Below are positions 1 through 11,514 of a stretch of DNA of 64,000 nucleotides, one piece after another. The notes beneath the pieces were generated by a model. The model was not told the origin of the DNA, made no database searches, and was given only the letters and a program-made list of their open reading frames with translations. Every line of letters starts with the position of its first letter. Positions within the stretch are counted from its first letter, which is position 1. The position numbers and the translations under genes were made by a program. Origin of the DNA: Vitrella brassicaformis CCMP3155 (Eukaryota > Protista > Chromerida); contig CDMY01000405.1 of assembly GCA_001179505.1 (NCBI GenBank), forward strand, positions 1-64,000, written 5' to 3'.

Positions 1-1035
1 TAGGATCTGCCCAACTGCCGATCAGGCGGAAAAGACAAACCAGATTGCTGCGCCCATGTAAGAATAGGTGGGAGAGAGTCGGGGAGAATGGTGAAGAGAG
101 GATCTGCCGGGCGGTCAGTCCCGGATAAAGGATTAAGTCAATGCAACGTAAGGTCTGTGGATTTTGTGGAGAGTCCACGTAGGACATGTAGTATGCGTCA
201 GTCCATCCTGTCTGACGTCCTGTCCGCCATGGCCTGTCTCATGGAACGGACAAAGACTCAACAGCCGTCCTGTCTCACAGATCAGTGGATCGTCGGTCTA
301 TGAACCCTAGACCCTAAACCCTGGACCGACTTGCACTTCTGGCAGTTTTCACTTAAGCTCGCACGACCCTGCGGGATTAGCGCGCAGCAAAAGAAGACGA
401 CTTGGGCGAGGGGCGGAGGGGAGAATGCAGAGCGATTCGGCTGAAGGCTGCTGTGCCAGGGCAGGGAAGACGGATGTGGTGCGACAGATCATGAGATCTG
501 TGCTGCTGGCTTGCGTGTGGCTGCTGCCGTCGTCCAAGGGGCGGGAGCTGAGGAGGCCGGCCTTCCTCAGGACATCGATTGCAGACAGCAAGGTGGACGG
601 ACGAGATGACACTCTGGTGCATATTCATGGGGTCGGACAGTTTGTGTGTGTGCTGGTGCGTGTGCAGGGTGGTGGAGTGAGGTTTCGGCCGCTATCGCCT
701 CTCAGAAAGGTGGGCAATCACACTACATAGACACGGACATATACGTGCGTATACCACTGATGCGTACTGTACGCGACTGGCTGGCTGGTTGTGTGTGGTT
801 GTGAATGAGTACGTCGCTGCTACGGTAGAAAGAAAGACAGGCCTCTCCGTCTGTCCAGCCACGCTTTTCGCTCTCGAGCGCGTGGCGGGCTTTTTCTTTT
901 CTCTCTCGGATGGATGGATCTGCCTGCCTGTCCTGTCCTGTCCTGTCTTTGTATTGCTTTGGCCGGTGGCATGCCATCCATCCTTGCGCTTCTTCTTCCT
1001 GCCTGCCTGCCTGCCATTCGTCCCCTCCCCCTCAG

Positions 1036-2298
1036 GCACCCAGCCCCCCTCCCACACCCACACTGCCGTCCTGGTCCACCTGCTGTGCGGCCCTGACCTT
1101 ATCTGCGGCAACCAACGAGCGAGAAGTCCCCCCACTACCACCCCCACCTTCCCACCCAGTCCCATCCGTACCAAAGCGCAGCACCGGCGCCTCGACCACC
1201 ACCAGGACCAGGAGGGCCGCAGTGGCGCCGGCGCCAACAAGACGGCGGAAGACGACGACGTCCACCACGGCGCGCAAGTCGTCTTCATCGACGTCGAGGA
1301 GAGGTGCGGCGTCCCCCTCCCCCACCCCGGCGCCCAAGCCGGTGCCGCCCGTGACGGATTTGCCCCGGCGGCTGCCCGACGAGTGCGTGGAGATCATCTC
1401 GTGGAATGTCAACGGCCTGAGGGCCAACCTGCGCAATGGGGGCATCCAGACGCTGCTGGAGGAGCACCCGCACCTGGACTTCCTCTGTCTGCAGGAGACC
1501 CGCGTCTCCCCCGACACACCGCTGCCCGAGTTCGACGCCATTCGGCAGCACTTCCCTTACTGCTACTTCCACTGTGCGGCTCGGGCGGGCTACTCGGGCA
1601 CGGCGGTCCTGTCCAAGACGCCGCCGCTGCGGGTGCTGCTCGACATCAACTTGGGTGGAGGGGAGGGGGGCGAGGAAGACAAAGAGGGGCGGGTGGTAAC
1701 CTGGGAGACCGAGTCGTTCTTCCTCCTGAGCGTCTACTCGCCCAATGCCCAGGGGGAGCTGCAGCGGCTCGAGTACAAGCACCGCCAGTGGAACCCAGCT
1801 TTCTTCGCCCATATCGAGCGGCTCAGGCGGCAGAAGCCCGTCGTCATAGCGGGAGACCTCAACGTGGCGCACACCCCCAAGGATCTGTTCAGCCCGCTCG
1901 AGAGCGAGGGGCTGCCCGGTTACACGCCAGAGGAGCGGTCCGACTTCTCAGACTTGCTGGCAACGGGCTATGTCGACACCTTCCGCAACTGCCACCCAGA
2001 CATGGGCGGCGCCTACAGCTGGTTCTCGTACCGCTACAAGGACAAGCAGCGCAACCGCGGCTGGCGCATCGACTACGTCCTGGTGAGCGACCGGTGTCAC
2101 GACGCCGTCAAGGGGGCGTACATCGAGAAGAGCATCGACGGATCGGACCATGTGCCTGTGGGGGTGGTCCTCAACACCACAGTGCTGAGCGCCGTGTGTG
2201 GGGCCACCACGGCCAAGGGGGGCGGGGTGAAGAAGAATGAGGCCGTCAAGAAGGGCGTGGGGGGGAAAGGACGGGCAAAGGCAAAGGCAAAGGCGTGA
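1036..2298 (+). CDS. APEX1: AP endonuclease / exodeoxyribonuclease III (APE1/Xth family) with low-complexity Ser/Thr/Pro N-terminal extension; first exon unresolved
   Basis: Motifs IISWNVNGLRA, LCLQETR, YSGTAVLSK, EGRVVT, VYSPNA, VIAGDLNVAH, GYTPEER, VDTFR, YSWFSYR, NRGWRIDYVLVS, GSDHVPV in one exon. Probable acceptor ctcag at 1035; stop at 2296-2298; Lys-rich tail. Confidence 0.95.
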   Translation, partial: APSPPPTPTLPSWSTCCAALTLSAATNEREVPPLPPPPSHPVPSVPKRSTGASTTTRTRRAAVAPAPTRRRKTTTSTTARKSSSSTSRRGAASPSPTPAPKPVPPVTDLPRRLPDECVEIISWNVNGLRANLRNGGIQTLLEEHPHLDFLCLQETRVSPDTPLPEFDAIRQHFPYCYFHCAARAGYSGTAVLSKTPPLRVLLDINLGGGEGGEEDKEGRVVTWETESFFLLSVYSPNAQGELQRLEYKHRQWNPAFFAHIERLRRQKPVVIAGDLNVAHTPKDLFSPLESEGLPGYTPEERSDFSDLLATGYVDTFRNCHPDMGGAYSWFSYRYKDKQRNRGWRIDYVLVSDRCHDAVKGAYIEKSIDGSDHVPVGVVLNTTVLSAVCGATTAKGGGVKKNEAVKKGVGGKGRAKAKAKA

Positions 2299-2800
2299 CA
2301 GAGAGAGAGAGAGAGAGAGAGATTCGGGGAGGGGAGGGGAGGGAAGGATGTGTTGGGCTGGAGAGAGTGCTTAACGCTGTGGTGCGCTGGCTGCGTGTAT
2401 GCTGTGTGTGTACGGTAGGTAGGTATCTATGACATACGGATTGTTTGTTGATTGATGTTGAGCAGAGAGGCGTGCTCAAACGATCCTGATGCAAGTCAGT
2501 CAGCTGGCCGGCCGGCCGGCCGCTGTGTGTATCTTATCTAGCTATAGCGATAGGAGTGGAGCAAGGAATGTGAATGTGCGACGGTTTTTGCGTGTGTGCG
2601 ACTCAGCTGCTCGCTCGTTGGCTTGTTTAAACACATGCGCTAAGCTACGCGAGTGATGTCATGTCATGTGATGGATGCTCATGTGCACGTGTGCACGTAT
2701 TGGCAACCTTCCTTCACTCTTTCACCCGTTGCCCCCCCGAGTTAACACCCCTACCTAATGAATGCACATGTCCCCTCGTCTGTGTGTGTCATGTGTGCAG

Positions 2801-5048
2801 GTGTCGTCGAGGCTGCGCTCTCCCCTGCGGCCATTGTGTCGCAGTCGTTTGAACAGCTTGGAGGAGGGCACCTCGGCGGCCACGGCCGAGCGCACTGCAG
2901 TGGGGGTTAGCCCGTCTCAAGCCAACGGGGCGCCATATGCCGCTGCCGCACCCACCACAAGAGTCGATGGCGACATTGAAGCAAAAGGCAAAGGTGAGAA
3001 GACTCCCCCTCCCACCCCCCACCCCTTTGGGCATGAACACTCTCCGTCCGTTTGTCTGTCTGTCTGTCTGTCTGTGTGTTCGGATGTGGATGTGCCACAT
3101 CCATCAGGTGTGGCGTGGTACCCGGAGTGGAGCAGTGATCGTGCCATCGAGCACATCACCACCGACGTCTCCATGACGGACCTTGTCTCACTCTGCAGAA
3201 GGAGAGGATTCGTCTTCCAGGTATGTAATACACCCACCTCCCACCCACACTGCTGTCTCTCTCTTTCTCTCTCTCTCCCTCTCACAGTCATCCGAAATCT
3301 ACAACGGGATGAACGGCTTCTGGGACTACGGCCCTCTGGGTGTGGAGGTGCACCGCAACATCAAGAACAGGTGGTGGGACAAGATGGTCCGCGAGAGGGA
3401 GGACATCGTCGGACTCGACTGCTCAATCATCATGGCGCCAAAGACATGGGAGGCGTCGGGACACGTCGGCGGATTCTCAGACCCAATGATCGACTGCAAG
3501 GAGTCGAAGATGAGATACAGGTCGGTGGCCCACACACGAGACAGACCGATCAGACTCATGTCATGTGAGTGTTTTCTTTGTGTTTGTGCGTGTAGAGCGG
3601 ATCAGCTCTACTTTGCGAGGGTGGAGCTGGAGAGCGGCGAGCTGCTTGGGTACATATCGATGCTCGACGGCGACAACAACGAGGCCCACGCCAAGAAGCT
3701 CGTCAAGACACTCATGAAGAAAGCCGACGTCAAGGGGGACACCAAGCCGCTCGAACTCAAAGACGCCACACAGGTCTGTCAGTCAGCCATACCGACACCA
3801 GGACACGCCAGCACCAACTGCACTCATTCCTCCCCTTATTCGCTGCCATCAGGCGGCTCCTGAGGAGATACCTCTGATCCCCTCCCCAGCCACGGGCATC
3901 CCCGGCTCCCTCACGCCCCCTCGGGAGTTCAACCTCATGTTCGAGACCAGCGTGGGTGCGCTCAGCGACGCGGCCTCCAAGGCCTACCTGCGGCCCGAGA
4001 CCGCCCAGGGCATCTTCGTCAACTTCAAGAACGTCGCACAGACGTCGCGCGTCAAGGTGCCCTTTGGGATAGCGCAGATCGGCAAGGCCTTCAGGAACGA
4101 GATCAACCCCAGGAACTTCATATTCAGATCGCGGGAGTTCGAACAGATGGAGATCGAGTACGGGCGGGCATTCACAGCACAGCTAGGGGGGAAATGGAAA
4201 TGGAAATGGGAGCGGGCGTGTGTCGTGTGTCTGTGTGTCTGTGTGTGTGTGTGTGGTGCAGGTATTTCATCCCTCCTGACGAGGATGCGTGGCCCGAGTA
4301 TTACAAGCAGTGGATCGGAGAATCTTGGGACTGGCTCAAGTCTATCGGTCGGCGACACGCCAGCACGCACCCTAGACACATTGGCAAATCCACCTGTCTC
4401 TGTCTGTCTGTCTCTCTGTCTGTCTGTCCATGTGTATTCAGGCCTGCGCGAGGATCTGATGAGCTATGACGTCCACCAGAAGTGCGACCTCGCCCACTAC
4501 GCCCGAGCCTGCACCGACATCATCTTCAAGTTCCCCTTCGGCGAGTCGGAGCTCATGGGCATCGCTGCGAGAGGCGACTTCGACCTCTCACAGCACGAAA
4601 AGGCACGCGGGCACGCACACACACTCATGGAAGGATACACGAGTGCACGTGTGTGGCGGGTGTGTACCGCACTGATTGCACTGCGCTGCAGACGTCTGGC
4701 AAGTCGATGGAGTATTTCGACTCCGACCCCAATGCGGCTGACAAGCGTCGCTACGTGCCGCATGTGATCGAGCCGTCGCTGGGCGTGGACCGTTTGTTCT
4801 TGGCCGTGATGGTGTCGGCATATGTGGAGGAGAAGGTCGACGGGGAGAAGAGGACCTACCTCAAATTCCACCCTTCGCTGGTCAGCCAACAGGGGAGCGC
4901 GCGGGAGGGGTGAAATCGGTCTCACGGCGTGGGTGTCGTGTGTCTGGTGCGTGTTGCAGGCGCCCTACAAGGCGGCGGTGCTGCCTCTGGTCAAGAACAA
5001 GCCGGAGCTCGTCAGCAAAGGTGAGAAGGTCCACCTGGACGGACATAC

Positions 5049-5085
<37 letters not shown>

Positions 5086-5432
5086 TGTGTGTGTCAGCCC
5101 GCGGGATATTTGAGAAGCTGAAGCGGCGGTACAGCGTCTTCTGGGATGCCAGCGGCTCCATCGGAAGACGGTCAGTAACACAAACACATCGCAACACCAG
5201 CACACCACACCCACATCCCCCTCCATCCTCCCTGTGTGTGTGTGTACCTGTGTGCTGGCTGCATAGGTATCGCCGCGCCGACGAGGTGGGTGTGCCGTTT
5301 GCCATCACGGTGGACTTCGACTCGCTGCAAGACGACAGCGTCACCGTCAGAGACCGTGACTCGTGCGAACAGACCAGAATGAAGATCAGCGACCTGTACC
5401 CCTTCCTGACACAGCAAATCGACCCATGGTAG
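2801..5432 (+). CDS. glyQS: Glycyl-tRNA synthetase, homodimeric bacterial (alpha2) type, ~10 exons, N-terminal extension; 5' end uncertain
   Basis: Spliced motifs [13 protein letters not shown]|[80 protein letters not shown]|[28 protein letters not shown], anticodon domain SIGRR|[20 protein letters not shown]. Confidence 0.95.
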
Positions 5433-6325
5433 CCTGGTCTGCAGAAGGGCCGGCCGGGAGGGGGGGACAGGGAGGGAGGGAGGGAGGGGGACTGTTTCGC
5501 TGGGTGCATGGATGTCTGTGTGGGCCGCGCCCGTCAGTGTGTGCGTGCGTGTGCGTGTGCGTGTGCGTGTGTGTGTCGGCGCATCTCTCGAAGAGAGAAT
5601 GAATGCGCCCAGCTAGCTGTGGGACATGCCTTGGCTGACTATATCAATGACTGATTGACAAGCCACCCGAGCTCTCGGGTACTCGTGGTTCCATCTGTTG
5701 GGTGAGTTCGATTCATCAGTCTGTTCACGTCACGGTTCTACTTAGTTTGTTCTCCCACACATACGTCAAAAACAGACAGGGTGGGCGATATCAATGAAGT
5801 TGCCCTTTCTTGTGTGGGAGCACTCTGCATGCACTCACTGCTGCTGCTGCTGGGTGATAGTGTGTTGTGTTGTGCTGTCTGTTCCTTCCGTCGCTCGCTC
5901 GCTCGGTCGGTCGGTCGCTCTTAACTCGCTACTTAGTGTCCCCTATCACTGTGTGCCTCCCCACCCGTCCAGCCATCCCTCCAGCCACTCATCCACACCA
6001 CACACACTCCACAAAAAGAAAAAATGTTGGTTGTATCCGGGCCGACAGGCAGGCAGGCAGGTAGACGACATCCCATCCAGGCAAAGGGACGAAACAGACG
6101 CCAGACAGACAGACAATGCCTCACCACACGGGAAAAAAACGAAGCCGCCACAGACTGACACACACGCATACCATACCAGCCACTCCACGCAAGACGGATG
6201 AATGGATGCACTCTCCCTCCCCACTTATCTATCTTCTCTCCACACGAGTGGGTGTCTGATGTGATGAATGCTATGGGTGGACTGTGTGAGTGTGTGTGTC
6301 TCAGTCGATCAGTCAGTCCATCAGC

Positions 6326-8885
6326 TCAGCAGCGGGGCCACGCGGGTCGCCATGCTGGCATGGGCACCCCGCACGCCTGACCTCCTGCAGGCCGGGCGGC
6401 GGCGCGGGCGGCCATGGTGGGAGGAGGATATGGGTAGGCGCCCGCCGGGTATGCCGACATCCCGCTCATCTGCAGGCCGCTCATCTGCATCGGGTGGACC
6501 TGCACCGCCCCGGTGGCCCCCACCTGCTGAGCCTGAGTGATGGGCACCGGCACCATCCCGCCCCCCTGCGGCATCTGCTGCACCTGCTGCACCTGCTGCA
6601 TCTGCGGCACCTGCAACAGCTGCTGCTGGGCCTCCGAGGTGACCGAAAACACCGAGCCGCGGGCAGCAACCGAAGCGATGGAGGCACGAGCAGCCATGGG
6701 AGGGGCAGCAGCAGCCGTGGGTTTCTTTGGCATCATCCAGGAGAACCACGACTGCCACCCGCCCTCACCCTCACCCTGCTTCACCGTTGCCGGGGGCTGC
6801 TGGAACGTCGGTCGGGCAGGTGGTGCGCAGGGGCCGCAGGCGAACACAGGTCGAGGCCGCGGGACGCCCTGCACGGGGGCAGGGTACGGGGCCCCATAGG
6901 GATGGTACGACGGGTACGGGCCCAACGCTGCCATCTGAGATGCACTCAGGGGCGGCATCCCGCCCGACGCAACGCCCATTGGTGCATAGCTGAGCCACAC
7001 AGACAGAAAGAACAAGCCAGAGACACGTGTGGACCTATGTCTATGTCTGCAGACATAGACGTGGAGACAGACGTACCTGTAGAGTTGCGAGATTGGCGGA
7101 GCCGCGCCAGCGCCCGCCGGCAGTGCCGGGTGTGGAGGGGGCTGTCCGTAGCCCGGCACATGGACCGCCGGCGCCGGTGCGGCGGGTGGGTGGGCGGGGG
7201 CCTCCTGCTCCTGGGTCACTTCGGGCTCCACCTCAGCCACACGCACAACAAACGCCTTGGCCGTCTCAGGGTCGGAAATACTAACAGCACGCACCACACA
7301 CACACACACACACACAAAACAGAGAGATAAGAGATGAGAGGAGAGACATTTGTGTCACAGTGTGTGTGGATTGATGTGTGCCTGCCTGACCCGTCGTATG
7401 CCAGTTGGAAGTGCTGGGTGAGGCGGGGGTTGGTCTCCCGCATCTGCACCGACTCCTTCACCTGAAGGCAGAATACATAGCCATTGGCATCTCTTTCTTG
7501 TTCTTGCAGGTTCCTCCCTCACCGCCTCCTGAAACAACTGCTTGTACGTGAAGTCCTGACCCAGAGACTCCATGGCCTTCCCAAAACAAACCGACATCGC
7601 ACCTGCAGCAGCGACACACGAACCCCAGCCCACAAGAACAGACACTCACATACGTGATCTCTCTCCCTCCTCTGTTGGCTGTCTGTGCGCACCGCACCCC
7701 CATAGCCGCCTTCGGATGGTGTGTCGAGAGCCGTCTGGTCGTCCCGGGCAGCCGAGAAGCACACAGCACGGACGCCCTTGTCCTCGGCACTCTGGGCGCC
7801 CTCCGACCTCTGCGCCACATTCTCGGGCCGCTCGTCCAGCGGCGGGATGGCGCGGGGGTAGCACTCGTCCAGCGGCTCGTACGTCAGGTGGTATCCAGCC
7901 TCCTTCAAACTCCGACGGTACGCCCTGCAGCCAGGTTGGTGGCAGAGAGAGGGATTGGGAATTGCTATGTTTGTGTGCATCGGTAGGAGGGGAGGGTGTG
8001 GCTTACTTGTTCCCGTCTTCAATGTGTTTGATGCTGACCGGGTCAGCCGTGGGGTCCAGCAGGTTCTTCAGATCCAGCGCTGTGCCACTGAATGAATGAG
8101 CGACCGAACGAACGAATGCATCGACACAAGACCAGACCCGTATACACACATCGACAACGACGGGTCGTGTGGCCTTTGACGGACCCACCTGTGGCAACAG
8201 TCGAGCACGCAGACGACCTCGCAACCGGAAGGAACGCTGAGGAGCGATGCGCGAAGCTCATCTGCAGGAGCGAGTGCAGAAGGAGACACGACAACTCGAT
8301 GGTCATGCGTATGGGGGCAGTGTGCTTATGTGACCGTCGAGGATGAGGCCGCTGTGGTCTGAAACATAGTCCGCGCACACCAACACCTGCACAGAGGACA
8401 GAAACACGTCTCTGAGACGGCGCTTCCACTGCCTGTGTGTGGTGTGGTGCATGCGGTCACCTCGTCCTTGTTATCGGCTTCATCTCCACTGAGGTCGGGG
8501 ATTTGTGTCCCATGCCCAGCGAAGACGAAGCACAGGAGGTCACCCGAGGCAGCACCCGACGTCAGCCACTCCAGGGACCTGCACAAACACCACACATGAC
8601 GCAGAAAGGCCCCATGATCCAATTGCCATGATCCGCCCTTCCCGTCATCTTTGGGGCGCCTTTCGTGGGCCCTTTCTCTTACTTGTGAATGTTCTCCTTG
8701 GTGGGGGCCTCCACGTCACCTTCGTGGTCGCCCTCGTCGACGAGGAGCTTCACGTCAGCAGCGTCAAATCCGAACTTCTCCGTCAAAGTCTTTCTCCAGA
8801 AGACCGCATCGTTGACACAGCCTTTGAGACTGATCTGGCTGCCAGCGTAATTGCAGCCACAAATTACGGCCTTCTTGCTAGGCAT
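6326..8885 (-). CDS. MCA: Metacaspase (peptidase C14B), no prodomain, long Pro/Gln/Tyr-rich C-terminal tail, multi-exon; 3' end approximate
   Basis: ATG at 8885: MPSKKAVICGCNYAG..LKGCVNDA; catalytic His in FAGHGTQIPD..DEADNKDE; catalytic Cys in VLDCCH|SGTALDL; p10 region FSAARDDQTALD; tail ORF 6326-7315. Confidence 0.92.
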
Positions 8886-9035
8886 CGTCAGTCGCAGGGG
8901 TGGAGAAACCGACGCACTCCCCAAAAAACAGGTGACGCAAAGGGGCCCCCAGAGATGAGCGAGCTAGCTCACGAGAAAAGAGGCTTTTTTGAGGAGTTTT
9001 GAGGCATTCAAGCAGATCAAGAGCCTCTGGTGATC
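8886..9035. promoter_or_regulatory. Putative bidirectional promoter (metacaspase / pseudokinase)
   Basis: Only 150 nt between divergent ATGs at 8885(-) and 9036(+). Confidence 0.55.
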
Positions 9036-11121
9036 ATGGGAGCCGCTTCGAGCCGTCCCCGCGTCGATGCCCTTCGAGATCTCGGACGGCGAGCGGCGGA
9101 GAGTGAGGCTGTCGGCCTCATCCAAGAGGGGGACGGGCGGATCTTTCGTCTGTCCTCTTTAGCGAGAAAGGAGGGGGGCGTCCACGTTTATCGAGGCACC
9201 TTCCAAGGTAGGGAGCTGGGCTGCATGGGCTGCGGTTGGGCGCATTGTGGGCATTGGAAAGCGATGCGTTCATTCATCTCCCTGACGTGTGGCGATGTGT
9301 GTGTTTGCAGGCAAGGATGCCTGTTTCAAAATCGTGTTTGTGGACGCCCCTCCCGGCCGAGCGGCCCTCAAGACGCTGCAGGAGGAGGCCGGCAAGCTAC
9401 TGCATGCTGCCCGCAACGGAGGCCTACAACGGCATGGTGGCGTGTTTGTGGAGCTCTGGCACTCGTGCTGCCAGGAGCCGGCCACCCTCAAGGGCCTCCC
9501 ACGCGGAAGAAGTCGGGACTGTGCCTTCATCGTCACGCCGTGGCTGCTCAGTGAGTCACAGGCCACTTGACCTCATCGGGTGTCCCATGTGGTTATGTGG
9601 TGTTTGCTTTGTGCTTGTCAAACTTGCAGTCGACTGTGACCCCGCCAAAGGAGATTACATTTCGATGGGCAGCTTCGTGCGCATCTTCAACATGGAGGCC
9701 ATCAGCAGCCGCTACATGCCCTCGACCAGCGACAAACAGGAGGAGCAGATGATGCTGGAGGTGCTCATTCTGCTGAGGGGCGCCTCCATCTTCATCAGGA
9801 CGCACCGCGCCGCCATCCGCTCCGGCCTCCTCGCCATCAACAGCTGCCCCGACAGTGTCTTGCTGTCGTGGGATGCCCTAGTGCGGCCTGTCCTCGACGA
9901 CCACGTGCCGGGCACTGGGGGGGTGATGGCTGACGTTGCCGGCATGCTATACGCTGAGGATATGACGACTCCCACCACATGCCTCAACGTCGGCAACCAT
10001 GCCGCCCGCCTTCCCCTCAGCCTCCCCATGAGGTCGTGGGCGCCCCACGCCATCGCCCCCGAGCTCGCCCTTCCTCTCGTCGCCTCATGTGCGCAAGACC
10101 AGCGCGGCCACAAGTGGAGGGAGCTCTTCGGGCTCGATCGGCGGCGAGATGGCGACAAGAGGCTGATGGCCGAGCTGCTCGACAGTGCCCAAGAGATGGC
10201 AGGCTCTCTGGTGGCTGAGGGGTTGCTGCGGCGTGATGAGGGCTGCATGCTGGTCGGCTTCCCCACCATCTCATTCGCCGTCGGCCAGGTGCTGCGGCAC
10301 TGCGTGAGTGGGGCGTCGTACGAGGACCTCACCGAGACAGCCGAGAGGGCACGGCTGCGGCGGGCGGTGCGAAGGCGATGGCGGTGGCCACACAAGCAGC
10401 TGGTGGGCCGCTACGAGGCCGCATGCTTCCGAGATGAGGCACTTGCGGCACTCAACTGGTCTGAGGAGCTGCAGTACCTCGTCGGTCGCGACGGTCAGCC
10501 ATGCGGCCTCGTCGGTGGGCAGCCCACGCTCCAGCAGCGGGCTGACGACGACTGGGGAGCGGGGCTGAATTGGTCTATGGCGATTGCCAAGAAGGTCGGG
10601 CATCTCGCCTTCATGTGCCTGCAGACCCATATGGCCTTCCGACCAGCCCTGAAGGACATCCTCAAGCCACTCGTCAGCCTGGAGCGGCAGCTGTGTGGCG
10701 ACATCGACCGCACCATCCGAATGCACAAAAATATAGACGTAAGGCCGCGACGAGAAGTAGAGAAGAGTTACCATTCTGTGTGCGTGCATGTATTGTGTGG
10801 GTGTGTTGATTGGTGCAGGTGTGGTTGGAGAAAATCACAAGAAATGCCGAGCCTCCATGTAGCCAGCACCCTCATGAGGCCGACACCGTCCCCGCCAGCC
10901 CATCGGAAGAGGGCTCCCTCGATGGGGATGCCTTCAACAAGCCCGCCCCTATTCCCCTCCTTCCCCCACTCCACCACGACCTCTGTCAGCTGTCAACCGC
11001 CGAAGAGCCACGTGGGAGGCGGGGGGTCCGCCAGTGCATTGCCAGCCTGTGGCGATGGTATCGGAACAGACCCCAAGAAAGCCGGCTGCGGCGAGTAGCT
11101 CAAGGGTATGGGGTCGATTAG
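9036..11121 (+). CDS. Predicted N-myristoylated pseudokinase (TKL-like fold, catalytic motifs lost), ~4 exons
   Basis: Starts MGAASS. Ordered subdomain remnants: VHVYRGTFQG|KDACFKIV, LQEEAGKLL, AFIVTPWL, LLAINSCPDSVLL (for HRDLKPxN), MADVAG (for DFG), WAPHAIAPE, SFAVGQVLRHCVSG, MCLQTHMAFRPALKDIL. Confidence 0.65.
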
Positions 11122-11514
11122 GGAGAGGTTTGCGTTTGGCGAATGCGAGTGGCAGCTGCTCAGTGAATGAACTCATGCGGGCGACTAGCTCTTGCCTGCC
11201 TGCCTGCCTGCCTGCCTGATTCAAAGACGGATTGCTGCTTGTCGATCGACTTGATGAGAAAGACGGATGGCTACTCGGTACGATGGCTGATTGATTGCCC
11301 AGATAAGACTCGTTTCACCAGTGCCTTTTCGTGTTGACAATACGGTCGTGGAATCGGCCGACATTCAGTCCAGGAAAATGCGTTTCGCAAAACACACACG
11401 CAGGTCTGTCTTATCAAAGCCCGCCTAGAGTGTGCGGCACACAGACACAGACAGAAGGCACACCACAGCGACACAGCAGATGGACGCACGTATGGACCTA
11501 ACTCGCCCTGTCGC

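Noticed and set aside
349-628. Minus-strand ORF (..SAIDVLRKAGLLSSRPL..) as a small gene
   Set aside because: A possible acceptor exists, but there is no recognisable homology or clear start. Not supportable.
789-2240. 483-aa alternative-frame ORF over the AP endonuclease, and similar long shadow ORFs (1285-1872, 16808-17761, 21800-23275)
   Set aside because: These are off-frame or antisense by-products of high GC3 in real genes and carry no motifs of their own.
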